Source of the DNA: a phage
Sequence record: PZ452584.1
Length of the DNA stretch: 64,000 nt
Direction: 5' to 3' (one strand)
Shown here: positions 39,891-50,164 of the stretch, piece after piece
Numbering within the stretch: the first letter of the stretch is position 1
Layout of the letters: the number at the start of each line of letters is the position of its first letter
The notes under the pieces: generated by a model
The model's input: the letters and a program-made list of their open reading frames with translations, nothing else
Databases searched by the model: none
What the model was told of the DNA's origin: nothing
Program-made: the position numbers and the translations under genes

Positions 39891-42068
39891 TTAGGCCGCA
39901 AGGGCCTTCATAGTTTTAGCGATTTGGGAAACTTCATCATCACTTAAAGAGTTGCGATAACCGATGAAGTCGGAAACAATACGGAATTTCTTGGTAAACT
40001 CAGCAACCATTTTATCACTATTTTTTGAAGCATTATTTGATAATACATCAAAAAGATTAGTTACTGTCCAGATGTCATGACCGATGGTATCTTTTCCACC
40101 GTTGAAATATACACCCTGTAATGAACTAACCATATTAGCGAGTCGTGTATATTCTTCAGAAACTTCATCTACACTGAAGTACTTCATCATAAAATCTAAC
40201 TCAGGATACTTGATAATTTTATCAATATATCGTTTAGCTGAACTTGAATAACCTACATACTTATCATAATCTACATCATCAAAAGCATCTACATATAAAT
40301 CACGCAGAGTTTCAAAAATACATTGGCACTGACCAAGTTCTTTTACCTTTTTCTGTAAAAGCGGACGAATAACATAAAATTCATTAATGCCAATAAGATT
40401 AGCCATACGAATCAAAATATTCATAGATGGATGACAAAGAGATGTAGTACCATCCATAGAGAAAATATCAGAACGATGCATGTATGCTACATAACCAGTA
40501 ATTTCATCTGCTTCTGATGTGAGCGTAAATAGTTCCTCTTTTTCCCATCGCCCATCTTTAATTTCAAACTTAAATGCTGTAGCAGCTTTAGGACGAGGAG
40601 CTTTACTTTTAACTACCTTTGGAATATAGCTTTTAACTAAAGCTTCGATTTCTGACAAATAATGAATGTTAACTTCATCACTTTCAAACATCGCCATAAT
40701 ATCAGGAAGCAAATCAATCTGCGATTCTACTTCCGGATTAATAAACAGAAGACGCTCATTGTGATGAATATTTAAAGTGTTATTAAATTCACTATCATCT
40801 AACGCATGTGCTAATCCACGGACAATATTAACACGATTTTTAATATTATCAATAACAATATTAATTTTTGTCGTATTAATACCAAACAGACGATAACTTG
40901 ATGCAACGGCTGAAGTTTCATGACTTTGTTTAATGCGTTTCAGTCGAGGGTCAAGATTTACTTCATACACAACTCCTGCATTGCATAACTTACTATCAGG
41001 TTCAAACATACTCTGCATCTTCTTATATGACAGATTTTTAGTCGTGAATTTGACTGAATTACTAATCATATAATCTCGAGCAGAATACCCCATCTTCATC
41101 AATTCACGATATGTATGACGGGGAGATGTAGATTCTTTAAATCGTTTTACATCTTCATTAAATGCTTTCTCACTGAGTTCTTTAACTCGTTCAATAATAT
41201 TTTTACGAGTACGATCATCCAATGAAAGAGCCTCACGAGATGGAGCAATATCAAGTGAACCCATTGGAAACTTAATGTAATTCACTTCATTACGGATGCT
41301 TAGCCAGTTACGGTCTCTAATAACACCGTCGATAGGATAAACAATACCGCCATAGATAGCATATAATCCACCACGATCAGGCCAGTATCTTTCTGGATTT
41401 ACGCCGTAATAATCATCAAAATCCGGAAAATAATCAATTTCGCGGTCAAGACCATTAATGATAGCCAAATCTTTGAACGGTCGCATGATATAAGAAACTT
41501 CATAAGCAAAGTTTCTAAAGTCTTTTTCTTCAACTGGAACTACGATTTCAATACCAGTTTTATCATCTGGACCCATTTCTTTTACGAATGTAGGTTTAAT
41601 CTGCGGACCGTCACCATCCATGTAAGCTACATAACCACGAATTTCGCCTTTATGATATGAAGTAATACTAAATGTATCAGTATAACTAAACGGAGATTTA
41701 GAACCTAAACCAAATCCGCCAATGAAATCGTTAGATTCAGCCTTAGATGAACTGAAGTATGAATTATACAGACCAGGAGAATTATCATCACCCTGAATAT
41801 CAAAATCACTCATACCCGGACCAAAATCTCGGCAAACAAATCGTGGATCTAAACGTCCAGGAACTTGAATGATAAATTTTTCAGGATTTCCATTGAGAGC
41901 ATGGGCATCAATCATGTTGGTAATCAATTCACGGACTACTGCGCGAATTTTGTTTGTATACAAATCAGATGACAGAATTTTAAATACTTTAGGAGATGCT
42001 GTGATGCTAAATGCTTTTGATTTAGAACCATTACCAAGAATTGTTTCTTTTTCAGTGGTGATAATCAT
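39891..42068 (-). CDS. rIIA: rIIA rapid-lysis protein (GHKL-type ATPase-like)
   Basis: 725-aa ORF immediately upstream of rIIB; same length as T4 rIIA. Confidence 0.93.
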   Translation of the reverse strand: MIITTEKETILGNGSKSKAFSITASPKVFKILSSDLYTNKIRAVVRELITNMIDAHALNGNPEKFIIQVPGRLDPRFVCRDFGPGMSDFDIQGDDNSPGLYNSYFSSSKAESNDFIGGFGLGSKSPFSYTDTFSITSYHKGEIRGYVAYMDGDGPQIKPTFVKEMGPDDKTGIEIVVPVEEKDFRNFAYEVSYIMRPFKDLAIINGLDREIDYFPDFDDYYGVNPERYWPDRGGLYAIYGGIVYPIDGVIRDRNWLSIRNEVNYIKFPMGSLDIAPSREALSLDDRTRKNIIERVKELSEKAFNEDVKRFKESTSPRHTYRELMKMGYSARDYMISNSVKFTTKNLSYKKMQSMFEPDSKLCNAGVVYEVNLDPRLKRIKQSHETSAVASSYRLFGINTTKINIVIDNIKNRVNIVRGLAHALDDSEFNNTLNIHHNERLLFINPEVESQIDLLPDIMAMFESDEVNIHYLSEIEALVKSYIPKVVKSKAPRPKAATAFKFEIKDGRWEKEELFTLTSEADEITGYVAYMHRSDIFSMDGTTSLCHPSMNILIRMANLIGINEFYVIRPLLQKKVKELGQCQCIFETLRDLYVDAFDDVDYDKYVGYSSSAKRYIDKIIKYPELDFMMKYFSVDEVSEEYTRLANMVSSLQGVYFNGGKDTIGHDIWTVTNLFDVLSNNASKNSDKMVAEFTKKFRIVSDFIGYRNSLSDDEVSQIAKTMKALAA

Positions 42069-42078
42069 AATTTCCTCA

Positions 42079-42282
42079 TTAATTCATATTACGCTTAATA
42101 ACTTCAGCAACTTCTAGTAGTTCGTCTTTAGTTGCGGTGTCGGATTGAATTTTATCTCTAATATCTTTAAAGCGGTTTTTAAATTCTTCGGCTTCTCCCA
42201 TATCGAAAAAGCGTTGAATGATTCTATATTCTCGATGAACTGCTTTATCAAAAAGTTCTAAATTTACTTTATATGATTTCAT
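42079..42282 (-). CDS. hypothetical protein (67 aa)
   Basis: ATG 42282 with GAGGA RBS; early promoter 42308-42337 upstream. Confidence 0.5.
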   Translation of the reverse strand: MKSYKVNLELFDKAVHREYRIIQRFFDMGEAEEFKNRFKDIRDKIQSDTATKDELLEVAEVIKRNMN

Positions 42283-42307
42283 TTCAATATCCTCATTTGC
42301 CCAATTA

Positions 42308-42337
42308 ATTATACCACATCCTTGTGGTAAAGTAAAC
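42308..42337 (-). promoter_or_regulatory. T4-type early promoter (GTTTAC / TATAAT)
   Basis: gtaaac 42332-42337, attata 42308-42313. Confidence 0.55.
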
Positions 42338-44154
42338 TACTGGCTCATCCATTCTTTACGAAGGTCAGCATTATCTCCCATGAGCATTTCAAAAAGCTCT
42401 TTCCAGTTCTCAGGAAGTTTAACAACATCATATACTGGGTTTTGAATCATCTCACGATATTCAGATTTTTCCAAAGAGCCAAGTCCTTTAATATAACGGA
42501 TGCTATGTTTAGGTAGAGCATCTTTGGCACTCTCATATTCAGCGACTGTATAAAACCATTCTTGTTTTTTACCGACCTGAGCGATGATTACAGGAGTTTT
42601 GACAAAGCGAATTCGTCCTTGCTCAAACAATTCTGGCCAATTACTAAAAAATCCGAGCAGAGAAGGATAAATGCTTCCTAAACCATCATGGTCAGCATCA
42701 GTCATAATAGCAATATTATGATAATTCAAGTTTTCAGCTTTTTCACCAAGAACTAATCCAGTGATTGCGCAAATATCAAACAATTCTTTGTTTTTAAGCA
42801 TATCGGCATATGACATACCCCAGCTATTAAGAACTTTACCGCGCAATGGATAACCACCATGAAGTTCTTTATCACGAACATCAATAAGATATCCGATAGC
42901 AGAATCACCCTCAGTCAAGAAAAGAGTAGTATCAGCATCTTTACCACAAAGATTCGCTTTAATATGTTTATGAACCTTAGCTTTAGAAGCCTTTTTAGCT
43001 GCTTTAGTTTCTGCTGCTTTTTCTGCCGCCAATTTACGAGCCAAGGCAGCTTCAATAATTGGCATTAAAATTGCTTCATTATTTAGAATAGCACGTGAAA
43101 TCTTTTTAGCATCAAGCTGAATATGACTACGAATTTCACCAAATGGAGAAGTAAGTCGTTCTTTAGTTTGAGAATCAAATCGCATGTTTTTCATATCACG
43201 AACAAACATAACGATAGTCAAACATTCTTTAACGCGTGCTTTAGTTACATCAATTTTGAACTTACGTTTGATTTGTGGAATAAGGTCTTCACAAATATCA
43301 TCCATAACACAATCAATGTGATGGCCACCATTCTTAGTATGAATGTTATTCACATAAGTTAATTGACGAAATCCATCAGGTGAACGACCAACCGCAATAG
43401 AACAATTTTCTTGTTCTTGAACGATAGCATGTTCATCATACTGCCGTGCATATTTCTTAAAATTACCCTGAACCTTTTTACCATTAAAGGTAAATTGAAT
43501 ATCAGGATAAACAACAGCAAGTGTCTGGAGACGATCTAGTGTAATGTCAAGATAAACTTGGGACAGCTCATTAGTTTCAAATGACATAAAATCAGGAATG
43601 AAAGTAACACGGGTTCCTTTCCATTTTCCAGGAATAGTTTCCCAGGATTTATTTTCCATGCCATTTGAACAACGAACTACAATATTATTTTGACCATCGC
43701 CAGTTTCACCGACAAACATCACAGAAAAAATGTTAGTTAAACTAGAACCAACACCATTCATACCACCGGTGACACGTTCTTTATCATCACCAAAGTTACC
43801 ACCCGCTTTTGGAATAGTCCAAGCAGCAACTGGACCAGGAATTTCTTCACCGGTAGGTGTTTTAACCATCGCTTGTGGAATACCACGACCGTTATCTTCA
43901 ACTGTTACTTGATTGTTTTTGATAGTAACATTAATTTTATTTGCGAATTTAAACTTAGTACGAATACCTTCATCTACTGAGTTATCGATAATTTCATCAA
44001 TAAGCTTAACAAGACCAGGTACATACTGAACACTTTCCCATTTACCAAACAGAAAGCGCTCATGCATTTCATTAGCTGAAGAGCCAATGTACATGCCACT
44101 ACGCTTTTTGATATGTTCAATATCGCTCAGAATTTTAATTTCATTCTTAATCAT
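42337..44154 (-). CDS. 39: gp39 topoisomerase II large subunit (uninterrupted GyrB-like ATPase + Toprim)
   Basis: 605 aa from ATG 44154 (MIKNEIKILSDIEHIKKRSGMYIGS...); single ORF covering what T4 splits into genes 39 and 60. Confidence 0.92.
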   Translation of the reverse strand: MIKNEIKILSDIEHIKKRSGMYIGSSANEMHERFLFGKWESVQYVPGLVKLIDEIIDNSVDEGIRTKFKFANKINVTIKNNQVTVEDNGRGIPQAMVKTPTGEEIPGPVAAWTIPKAGGNFGDDKERVTGGMNGVGSSLTNIFSVMFVGETGDGQNNIVVRCSNGMENKSWETIPGKWKGTRVTFIPDFMSFETNELSQVYLDITLDRLQTLAVVYPDIQFTFNGKKVQGNFKKYARQYDEHAIVQEQENCSIAVGRSPDGFRQLTYVNNIHTKNGGHHIDCVMDDICEDLIPQIKRKFKIDVTKARVKECLTIVMFVRDMKNMRFDSQTKERLTSPFGEIRSHIQLDAKKISRAILNNEAILMPIIEAALARKLAAEKAAETKAAKKASKAKVHKHIKANLCGKDADTTLFLTEGDSAIGYLIDVRDKELHGGYPLRGKVLNSWGMSYADMLKNKELFDICAITGLVLGEKAENLNYHNIAIMTDADHDGLGSIYPSLLGFFSNWPELFEQGRIRFVKTPVIIAQVGKKQEWFYTVAEYESAKDALPKHSIRYIKGLGSLEKSEYREMIQNPVYDVVKLPENWKELFEMLMGDNADLRKEWMSQ

Positions 44155-44203
44155 CACTTATCCTCGTTTGGTTTCGGGAATATTATACTCCGGTAATCAT
44201 AAA

Positions 44204-44224
44204 GCTAAAGGCCCGAAGGCCTTT
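44204..44224 (-). terminator. intrinsic terminator upstream of gene 39
   Basis: aaaggcc cgaa ggccttt hairpin 44207-44224 flanked by A/T runs. Confidence 0.5.
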
Positions 44225-44484
44225 TATTTAAAACGAATAGTTGAATCCTTAAAGAACAGCCCAGAACATACTGTTCCTTCTACTTTCTGCCCAGTAGGTC
44301 CAATAGCACGAAATCCAGTATGCTGGAAATCATTTTCAGAGCAACCGAACCAATTATATCCAGTGATTTCAATATTAGTAAAACCGCTTGAAGACAAAAC
44401 TTTAGTTGCATTATCAGCATCAGTACATCCTACTAAAGACACTACTAATACTAATGCTGCAATAGAACGATTAATATATTTCAT
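44224..44484 (-). CDS. putative lipoprotein (86 aa)
   Basis: MKYINRSIAALVLVVSLVGCTD signal peptide plus lipobox. Confidence 0.55.
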   Translation of the reverse strand: MKYINRSIAALVLVVSLVGCTDADNATKVLSSSGFTNIEITGYNWFGCSENDFQHTGFRAIGPTGQKVEGTVCSGLFFKDSTIRFK

Positions 44485-44486
44485 AA

Positions 44487-44663
44487 TTACCCTTTAAGCA
44501 AGTCGTAAAATCCGCCATTCACATGCTTAGGAGCGGAAACTAACCGAATAGCAATCCGATGACAATCAGGACATACATCAGTATCCCTTTCAGAAATTTT
44601 CTTGATTTTTTCGTATTCTTTTGCACAGTCTTTGGATTGACATTTATAATCATAAAGAGGCAT
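44487..44663 (-). CDS. zinc-ribbon protein (58 aa), unlisted in track
   Basis: MPLYDYKCQSKDCAKEY...CPDCHR: two CxxC pairs; AAGGAA RBS; abuts neighbours. Confidence 0.5.
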   Translation of the reverse strand: MPLYDYKCQSKDCAKEYEKIKKISERDTDVCPDCHRIAIRLVSAPKHVNGGFYDLLKG

Positions 44664-44665
44664 AA

Positions 44666-45085
44666 TTATTCCTTAAAGTGAGCTTTCAACATCTGATACA
44701 AGGACCATGCCTGTTCATTATTTTCAATAGTAACTTTCATGACCGGGAATTCTGTGAAATCTTCTATTTGTTCTTGCTCTTCCTGTTCTTGCTCTTCAGC
44801 TGCCTGATATGGATTTTCCACTTCATCAAAGAACCCAGCTTCGTTAGTAGAAAGCCAGATAAAGTTTTCGTCAAGGATATCAGCGCCGGCACAACGTTTG
44901 AGTACACCTGTGGATGTCATAATTTTAGTAGGACGCCCAAGATAATCAGCATCTAAAATTTTAAAAGGTTTCATACCTAAACGCCGTGCGTAGATTCCGT
45001 TATCAGTATGGTCTTTAATAAAATTTTCTTGAGCTTGTTTATTTTTAAATTGATACCATTTATTAACTTCAAATTTAATAGCCAT
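44666..45085 (-). CDS. hypothetical protein (139 aa) with acidic [10 protein letters not shown] tract
   Basis: Track ORF. Confidence 0.5.
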   Translation of the reverse strand: MAIKFEVNKWYQFKNKQAQENFIKDHTDNGIYARRLGMKPFKILDADYLGRPTKIMTSTGVLKRCAGADILDENFIWLSTNEAGFFDEVENPYQAAEEQEQEEQEQIEDFTEFPVMKVTIENNEQAWSLYQMLKAHFKE

Positions 45086-45300
45086 TAATAAATTTCCTTC
45101 CAGTAAGTTGTGCCATCTTCAGTAATTTCACGAAATACACCGTAAATTGGTTGTTTATCACCAACCTTTTCATACACATAAACCGAAGTCAAGTGAGTAA
45201 ACTTAACGGTATGTTCCTTTTGAACTACTACCAAATCTGGATCGAATAATACATCTTCAAATTCGTCATTAGTACAATTCTGAACAATTTTACGTTTCAT
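45085..45300 (-). CDS. hypothetical protein (71 aa)
   Basis: Track ORF; TAATG overlap with downstream gene. Confidence 0.5.
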   Translation of the reverse strand: MKRKIVQNCTNDEFEDVLFDPDLVVVQKEHTVKFTHLTSVYVYEKVGDKQPIYGVFREITEDGTTYWKEIY

Positions 45301-45313
45301 TACAATTTCCTCA

Positions 45314-45583
45314 TTAATTGAACAGTGGAGCGATGCGTTTCAGAAGAGCAGCAGCACCTTTGGCAAATTTTACATCATGAAAAACAGTTTCTTCTTCCGT
45401 TACAACACGAGCTTTAATGTTTTCACAATCCCAATTTTTGCGAACAATCTTCAAAAGCTGCAGTAAATCTTTACATTCAGCAATATCGATAACACATCCA
45501 CGAGAATCTTCCATTATCGCACGATAACCGTAAGCCATACCATAATCGTTGAAAGATTGCTCGATGATAATTAAGTTTTCCAT
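45314..45583 (-). CDS. hypothetical protein (89 aa)
   Basis: Trimmed to ATG 45583 with GGAGAA RBS in promoter-leader cassette. Confidence 0.5.
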   Translation of the reverse strand: MENLIIIEQSFNDYGMAYGYRAIMEDSRGCVIDIAECKDLLQLLKIVRKNWDCENIKARVVTEEETVFHDVKFAKGAAALLKRIAPLFN

Positions 45584-45626
45584 TTTATTCTCCAAGTTGT
45601 TTTCTGTATCAGTAGTTGATATTGAT

Positions 45627-45678
45627 ATAGTACCATAATCAACTACTGATGTATATAGTTTTATGAAAAATTTTAAAC
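45627..45678 (-). promoter_or_regulatory. degenerate copy of promoter-leader cassette with 13-bp inverted repeat
   Basis: atagta 45627-45632 but -35 replaced (GTTTAA at 45673-45678); inverted repeat 45608-45620 / 45638-45650. Confidence 0.3.
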
Positions 45679-45679
45679 T

Positions 45680-46168
45680 TTATGCATAGAGAGCATTGCT
45701 ATAGTGTTTAATCCAACTTTCAGGAATGACTTTGTATGTTCCTAAAAATACCACGTTGTACAACTTAACGCCATCTTCTACCCATTGATCGGTAATGTAT
45801 CCACACATAGCGCGAGTATAAACAGCCTTTCCATCATCTTTGATAAATTTAAATTCGCAAGGAGCAATGAACTTAATAGCTTGACCGAGTTTCCACTTAA
45901 AGTCTACACCTACATGCGAAGTATCAATCGTTTCAATTCCTTTAGCGGGAACAGCTTTCAAAAACGCAGATTCAAGAAATTTCGCGCGAACATAACCAAA
46001 CTGAGGTTTAGACTTTCCATCTTTAGGAATGATACGAACTTTTACTTCAGAATCTTCATCTTTAACACCATGTTTAAGCTGAATGCTTACAATTTCAACC
46101 AATTTTCCTGCTGCTTTAGAGCGGGATTTATCAGATACACGAGCTAATTCACCAATATTAATAATCAT
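45680..46168 (-). CDS. hypothetical protein (162 aa; MotB-sized), paralog of 46245-46784
   Basis: C-terminal motif YITDQWVEDGVKLYNVVF shared with neighbour; size matches my recollection of T4 MotB but unconfirmed. Confidence 0.5.
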   Translation of the reverse strand: MIINIGELARVSDKSRSKAAGKLVEIVSIQLKHGVKDEDSEVKVRIIPKDGKSKPQFGYVRAKFLESAFLKAVPAKGIETIDTSHVGVDFKWKLGQAIKFIAPCEFKFIKDDGKAVYTRAMCGYITDQWVEDGVKLYNVVFLGTYKVIPESWIKHYSNALYA

Positions 46169-46212
46169 AGTTATCTCTCACTTGTTAAAAAGATTTTATA
46201 CTCCATAGGACC

Positions 46213-46242
46213 ATTATACTCTGGTCCCAAGAGTTTGTAAAC
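46213..46242 (-). promoter_or_regulatory. T4-type early promoter (GTTTAC / TATAAT)
   Basis: gtaaac 46237-46242, attata 46213-46218; GGACC/GGTCC inverted repeat around -10. Confidence 0.55.
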
Positions 46243-46244
46243 TA

Positions 46245-46784
46245 TTAATTTAAAATAGCTACCACCGCACTACGAGGTACTACGCTAAAATCACCTGCAT
46301 GAACAACGTTCAGAAGTTCAACACCATCTTCAATCCATTGGTCTGTTACCCAACCACAGACCGAAATAAATGGAGTCTTGATAGCTACCGCATGAGTTAG
46401 AAGGTCAGTAGGATCGCATTCTTGAAAGAGGATGAACTCTGCTTCAAAAACTATAGTTTTAATTACTTCATCATTATCTAAACGGCGTACTCGAATCACG
46501 TAAGCTTTATTCTTATCATACCAGTTACTTTTTGAAAAGCTTTTAACCACAAACTCGCCTTCACCAAAAACATTAGTCAATGCTTTATAACCCAAATTTA
46601 GTTCAGTAGTTTTAATTTCAGTTTCAACCAGTTTGTAGGTTTTGCCGATTTCAATAGCGGTAGTCATAGTAGGTTCCTTAATTTCCAGTGGTTTAACAGG
46701 GCATACATAAGTGCTTACAACATCAAAATCAATCAGTTTAGCTACCGGATTTGGTATGTATTCAGGATTATAATTAAATTTCAT
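46245..46784 (-). CDS. hypothetical protein (179 aa), paralog of 45680-46168
   Basis: C-terminal motif WVTDQWIEDGVELLNVVH. Confidence 0.5.
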   Translation of the reverse strand: MKFNYNPEYIPNPVAKLIDFDVVSTYVCPVKPLEIKEPTMTTAIEIGKTYKLVETEIKTTELNLGYKALTNVFGEGEFVVKSFSKSNWYDKNKAYVIRVRRLDNDEVIKTIVFEAEFILFQECDPTDLLTHAVAIKTPFISVCGWVTDQWIEDGVELLNVVHAGDFSVVPRSAVVAILN

Positions 46785-46786
46785 AA

Positions 46787-47287
46787 TTATCTCATTTCAA
46801 TAAAATCTACGAGTTCAGCATGCGATTTGCGGAACATTACTTGATGCCCACCAATGATAACTTCATCTTCAGGAACTTCGTATACAGCGAGATAAAATCC
46901 TTTAGAAGATAATTCTTCCCGCTCTTCTTGTGTGAACCATCTCATCATATCATATTCGCTAGCGAAAGCAAAATGATAAAGAGCTATAAACCATCCTGGA
47001 ATATGATATTCTACTCCAACATAATCTTTCTTGAACTTAGTATTAATTACTATATTAGCGTTTTTAACTAATAGTTTATCTTCGTGTGGTAAAGGAATTC
47101 TTTTATTATTATCGCTATGATGCATAAAATTAGGTCTGTCATAACCTACGTGTAATAACCACTCTTCGCTCCATGAATCTATTATACTCCTGTACGGCGT
47201 TATTTGAACACAAAGATTTCGACGTATTGTTATAGCATCTTCATAATCAAGAATACTAAACGATGATTCAACACGATAAATTTTCAT
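46787..47287 (-). CDS. hypothetical protein (166 aa)
   Basis: ATG 47287 with GAGGA RBS; early promoter 47315-47344. Confidence 0.5.
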   Translation of the reverse strand: MKIYRVESSFSILDYEDAITIRRNLCVQITPYRSIIDSWSEEWLLHVGYDRPNFMHHSDNNKRIPLPHEDKLLVKNANIVINTKFKKDYVGVEYHIPGWFIALYHFAFASEYDMMRWFTQEEREELSSKGFYLAVYEVPEDEVIIGGHQVMFRKSHAELVDFIEMR

Positions 47288-47314
47288 TTTATTATCCTCA
47301 GTAGCTATGGTGTT

Positions 47315-47344
47315 ATAATACCATAACTAACCGAGGAAGTAAAC
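47315..47344 (-). promoter_or_regulatory. T4-type early promoter (GTTTAC / TATTAT)
   Basis: gtaaac 47339-47344, ataata 47315-47320. Confidence 0.55.
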
Positions 47345-47350
47345 AACTTT

Positions 47351-48034
47351 TTATCGTTTAGTTGGAAGAGATAGAGGATCGCATTCTTCCTCTGATGGAG
47401 CGTCTTCAAGACCCATAGCATATCGCAAAGCATACTTCATCATCAGGATGTCTTTCGCACAGTCATGAATAGAATCATGTGCAACGAATCCATCTAAAGT
47501 TCCCTTTGGAAGAGGACACGTGGTCATATCACGAACAAGCAGAAGTGCTTCAATTCTGGTACGAATATCACGCTGATTCCAGAATTTACACGGTTCTAAC
47601 TTAAATGTGTCAAGCTCATTCTCAGAAACACCATTAAAACGTTGAATATCACGAATAAGATCGACTAAAATTGGAAAATCAAACGACATTCCACGGCACC
47701 AGCCTTGAGATTTCCAAGGATCGATATTATGTGCATTGATGTAATCATTAAATTTTGCAATACCATCGATAGTGCTTACATCTTCATCTGATGGTGCAAT
47801 ATTTTTTCTAGCTTCAGGTGATTGATTTTTCCACCATTCGATAGTGCTTTTAGTAAAAAGACGATGTCCTTTTTGGCTTTTTAAATCAAATTTGATTTTA
47901 ATGCCACGTGAAACTAATTCATCAAACGTTTCAACGACTTCTGGATTAGGGTCAAAAGCAATTACAGCCAAATCAATAACAGCTGCTTTTTCACCACTTC
48001 CCATTGTTTCAAAATCTATAATAAAATCAAACAT
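47351..48034 (-). CDS. dexA: exonuclease A (DEDDh 3'-5' exonuclease)
   Basis: 227-aa ORF MFDFIIDFETMGSGEKAAVIDLAV... with exonuclease motifs; same length as T4 DexA. Confidence 0.88.
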   Translation of the reverse strand: MFDFIIDFETMGSGEKAAVIDLAVIAFDPNPEVVETFDELVSRGIKIKFDLKSQKGHRLFTKSTIEWWKNQSPEARKNIAPSDEDVSTIDGIAKFNDYINAHNIDPWKSQGWCRGMSFDFPILVDLIRDIQRFNGVSENELDTFKLEPCKFWNQRDIRTRIEALLLVRDMTTCPLPKGTLDGFVAHDSIHDCAKDILMMKYALRYAMGLEDAPSEEECDPLSLPTKR

Positions 48035-48309
48035 TAAACTTTCCTCGCTAAATCGCGAATTTGGCCTACAGTATAGTCTTGAATATAAACTTTATTAATA
48101 GGTTCATCAATAAATTTTGCCATAGATTCAATATCTTTTTGCATCTCTTCAAGACTGTATATTATCTTTAAAGCTTTTTCGCGAATAGTAATATTTTCAG
48201 GACCAGAATTTTTCTCAATGACAGCTTTAACATTTGTCATAAGAGATTTAAACTGACACCAACTTAATTCAATCATTAATAACCGCCTTATAAAGATGGC
48301 TAATTTCAC
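48034..48309 (-). CDS. hypothetical protein (91 aa), paralog of 48269-48529
   Basis: Shares LEE(M/I)(Q/E)(K/R)D...DY(T/I)(V/L)G(Q/E)I pattern with neighbour. Confidence 0.45.
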   Translation of the reverse strand: MKLAIFIRRLLMIELSWCQFKSLMTNVKAVIEKNSGPENITIREKALKIIYSLEEMQKDIESMAKFIDEPINKVYIQDYTVGQIRDLARKV

Positions 48310-48529
48310 CTAAAATGTAATCACTGATTGTAACAGTTTTTACTTCACCACAAAAGAATTCTAACGCAATCAAATCTCGTTCAATTTCTTCCAATTGAAG
48401 CATTAACTTGCCTGATTCAGTTTTCACATTTTTGCGATTTTTGCTATAAGCTATTTCATAAATTTCGCTTACTTTATCTTGAAGAAGATAAAACTGATCT
48501 TTAGTTATTTCCACGAATAGCTTCCTCAA
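48269..48529 (-). CDS. hypothetical protein (86 aa), paralog of 48034-48309
   Basis: Track ORF; overlaps neighbour by 41 nt. Confidence 0.45.
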   Translation of the reverse strand: MRKLFVEITKDQFYLLQDKVSEIYEIAYSKNRKNVKTESGKLMLQLEEIERDLIALEFFCGEVKTVTISDYILGEISHLYKAVIND

Positions 48530-48535
48530 ATTTAA

Positions 48536-49855
48536 TCATACATAAAATACATCATAACGACCACGTGTTACACCAACATAAAGAAGCTGCTGAGCTAGTT
48601 CAACATCTGCATAATGAATACAAGGCGTATAAATGAAAGCACGGTCTACAGACATGCCCTGCGCTTTATGGAATGTTGATGCAGGAAGTGCTTTCACTTT
48701 ACTAAACTGTGATTTAGCATCCCAAAAATCACTCCATGGAGCTTTTCCGCCTTTGTTCCAATTTTTATAAGTTTCTGCCGTTTTACCTAAAAATAAGTTA
48801 AACTTATACAGTTCTTCATCAGATGAAATTATTTTAATCTTTTCACGATAATATTCATCATCACCGTAAGTTTCTACTGTTAAATCCCAATGACGAATTA
48901 GATATTCCCCAGAAACACCACGAGCTTTAACAAAGGTTGATGTATACTTTGCTTCTATAATACGAACTAATTGTCCGTTATTAAAAATAATTTCTGACAC
49001 AGGCTTTCCATCAATTTTATATGTTTTAATTAATGGTTCCTGCATTACAATAATTTCACCGACAATAAAATCTTTATCAGTTTCAAAAATCTTTTTACGA
49101 ATAATGCTATTTAACTTGTCAACAGATTTATTCGTAAATGCCATTACGCGATTTTCAAACAAATCATCTAGAGATTTGACGATTGAAAAATAATTTACCA
49201 TAAAATCGCGTAAAGCGGTATCACCAGTAAATCCACGTACTCCATGCCCGTCAACAACTTTATCATAAATCCACTTACCGTTACGAACGTCAGTAGCTAC
49301 ATCAATAATAGGAGCATTACTGCGTTTAACTTCAGTGAGTTCACACTGATAAAAATCTTTATGTGTAAAGAATGGACTGATATAAGCAGTGTTTTCTCCT
49401 GGGTCAACAGGTCTGATTTGCTTATTATCCCCTATTCCAATTATAGTACACCAAGGTGGAATAGTTGAAAGCAGAATTTTAAATAGCTTTCTATCATACA
49501 TTGACACTTCGTCGCAGATTAATACCCTGCATTTAGCTAAATCTGGTACTTCTTTTTGTTCAAAAAGAACATTTTCTTCATATGTTACCGGGTTAATTTT
49601 AAGAATACTATGAATAGTACTCGCTTCTTTCCCTGATAGTTTTGAAAGAATCTTTTTAGCCGCATGTGTAGGAGCTGCTAAAATAATACCAGTTTCACCC
49701 GTAGATATTAAAGCTTCAATGATGAACTTAGTAAGAGTAGTCTTACCAGTACCAGCAGGTCCATTAATAGTTACATGATGTTTCTTTTCTTTAATAGCCT
49801 TCATAACAATGTTAAAGGCATTTTTCTGGCCTTCGGTCAAATCATCAAATGTCAT
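48536..49855 (-). CDS. dda: Dda DNA helicase (SF1B)
   Basis: 439-aa ORF with Walker A (GPAGTGKT); same length as T4 Dda. Confidence 0.92.
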   Translation of the reverse strand: MTFDDLTEGQKNAFNIVMKAIKEKKHHVTINGPAGTGKTTLTKFIIEALISTGETGIILAAPTHAAKKILSKLSGKEASTIHSILKINPVTYEENVLFEQKEVPDLAKCRVLICDEVSMYDRKLFKILLSTIPPWCTIIGIGDNKQIRPVDPGENTAYISPFFTHKDFYQCELTEVKRSNAPIIDVATDVRNGKWIYDKVVDGHGVRGFTGDTALRDFMVNYFSIVKSLDDLFENRVMAFTNKSVDKLNSIIRKKIFETDKDFIVGEIIVMQEPLIKTYKIDGKPVSEIIFNNGQLVRIIEAKYTSTFVKARGVSGEYLIRHWDLTVETYGDDEYYREKIKIISSDEELYKFNLFLGKTAETYKNWNKGGKAPWSDFWDAKSQFSKVKALPASTFHKAQGMSVDRAFIYTPCIHYADVELAQQLLYVGVTRGRYDVFYV

Positions 49856-50163
49856 CGGAAAGTCCCTGCAATTGGAATACTAACAATACGACCAGTATCT
49901 AAAATTCGCTGATATAATCTTTGTGTGTCTACGTCAGGCTTAACATGTTTAACTTCTATTTTATTAAACCAAAATTTACGTGGAGTCTCAACTAATCTTG
50001 GAATTCCCTTACCTAAAGCTAGTTGATACTGCTCTTTAAGAGTGGTAAATACTTTATCAGCAATCTTCCATTCAAAAAATACAGCAGGACGATGTTCATC
50101 AAGCGGAACTGGCGCAGTAAATCCGTCTTTGTCTCGGTAAACTATCGCATATACATAAACCAT
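49852..50163 (-). CDS. hypothetical protein (103 aa; dda.1 position)
   Basis: Track ORF, 4-nt overlap with dda. Confidence 0.5.
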   Translation of the reverse strand: MVYVYAIVYRDKDGFTAPVPLDEHRPAVFFEWKIADKVFTTLKEQYQLALGKGIPRLVETPRKFWFNKIEVKHVKPDVDTQRLYQRILDTGRIVSIPIAGTFR

Positions 50164-50164
50164 A

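Noticed and set aside
44182-44208. MotA-box middle promoter for gene 39
   Set aside because: -10 TATAAT present but the box reads AGCTTTA rather than TGCTT; too weak to call
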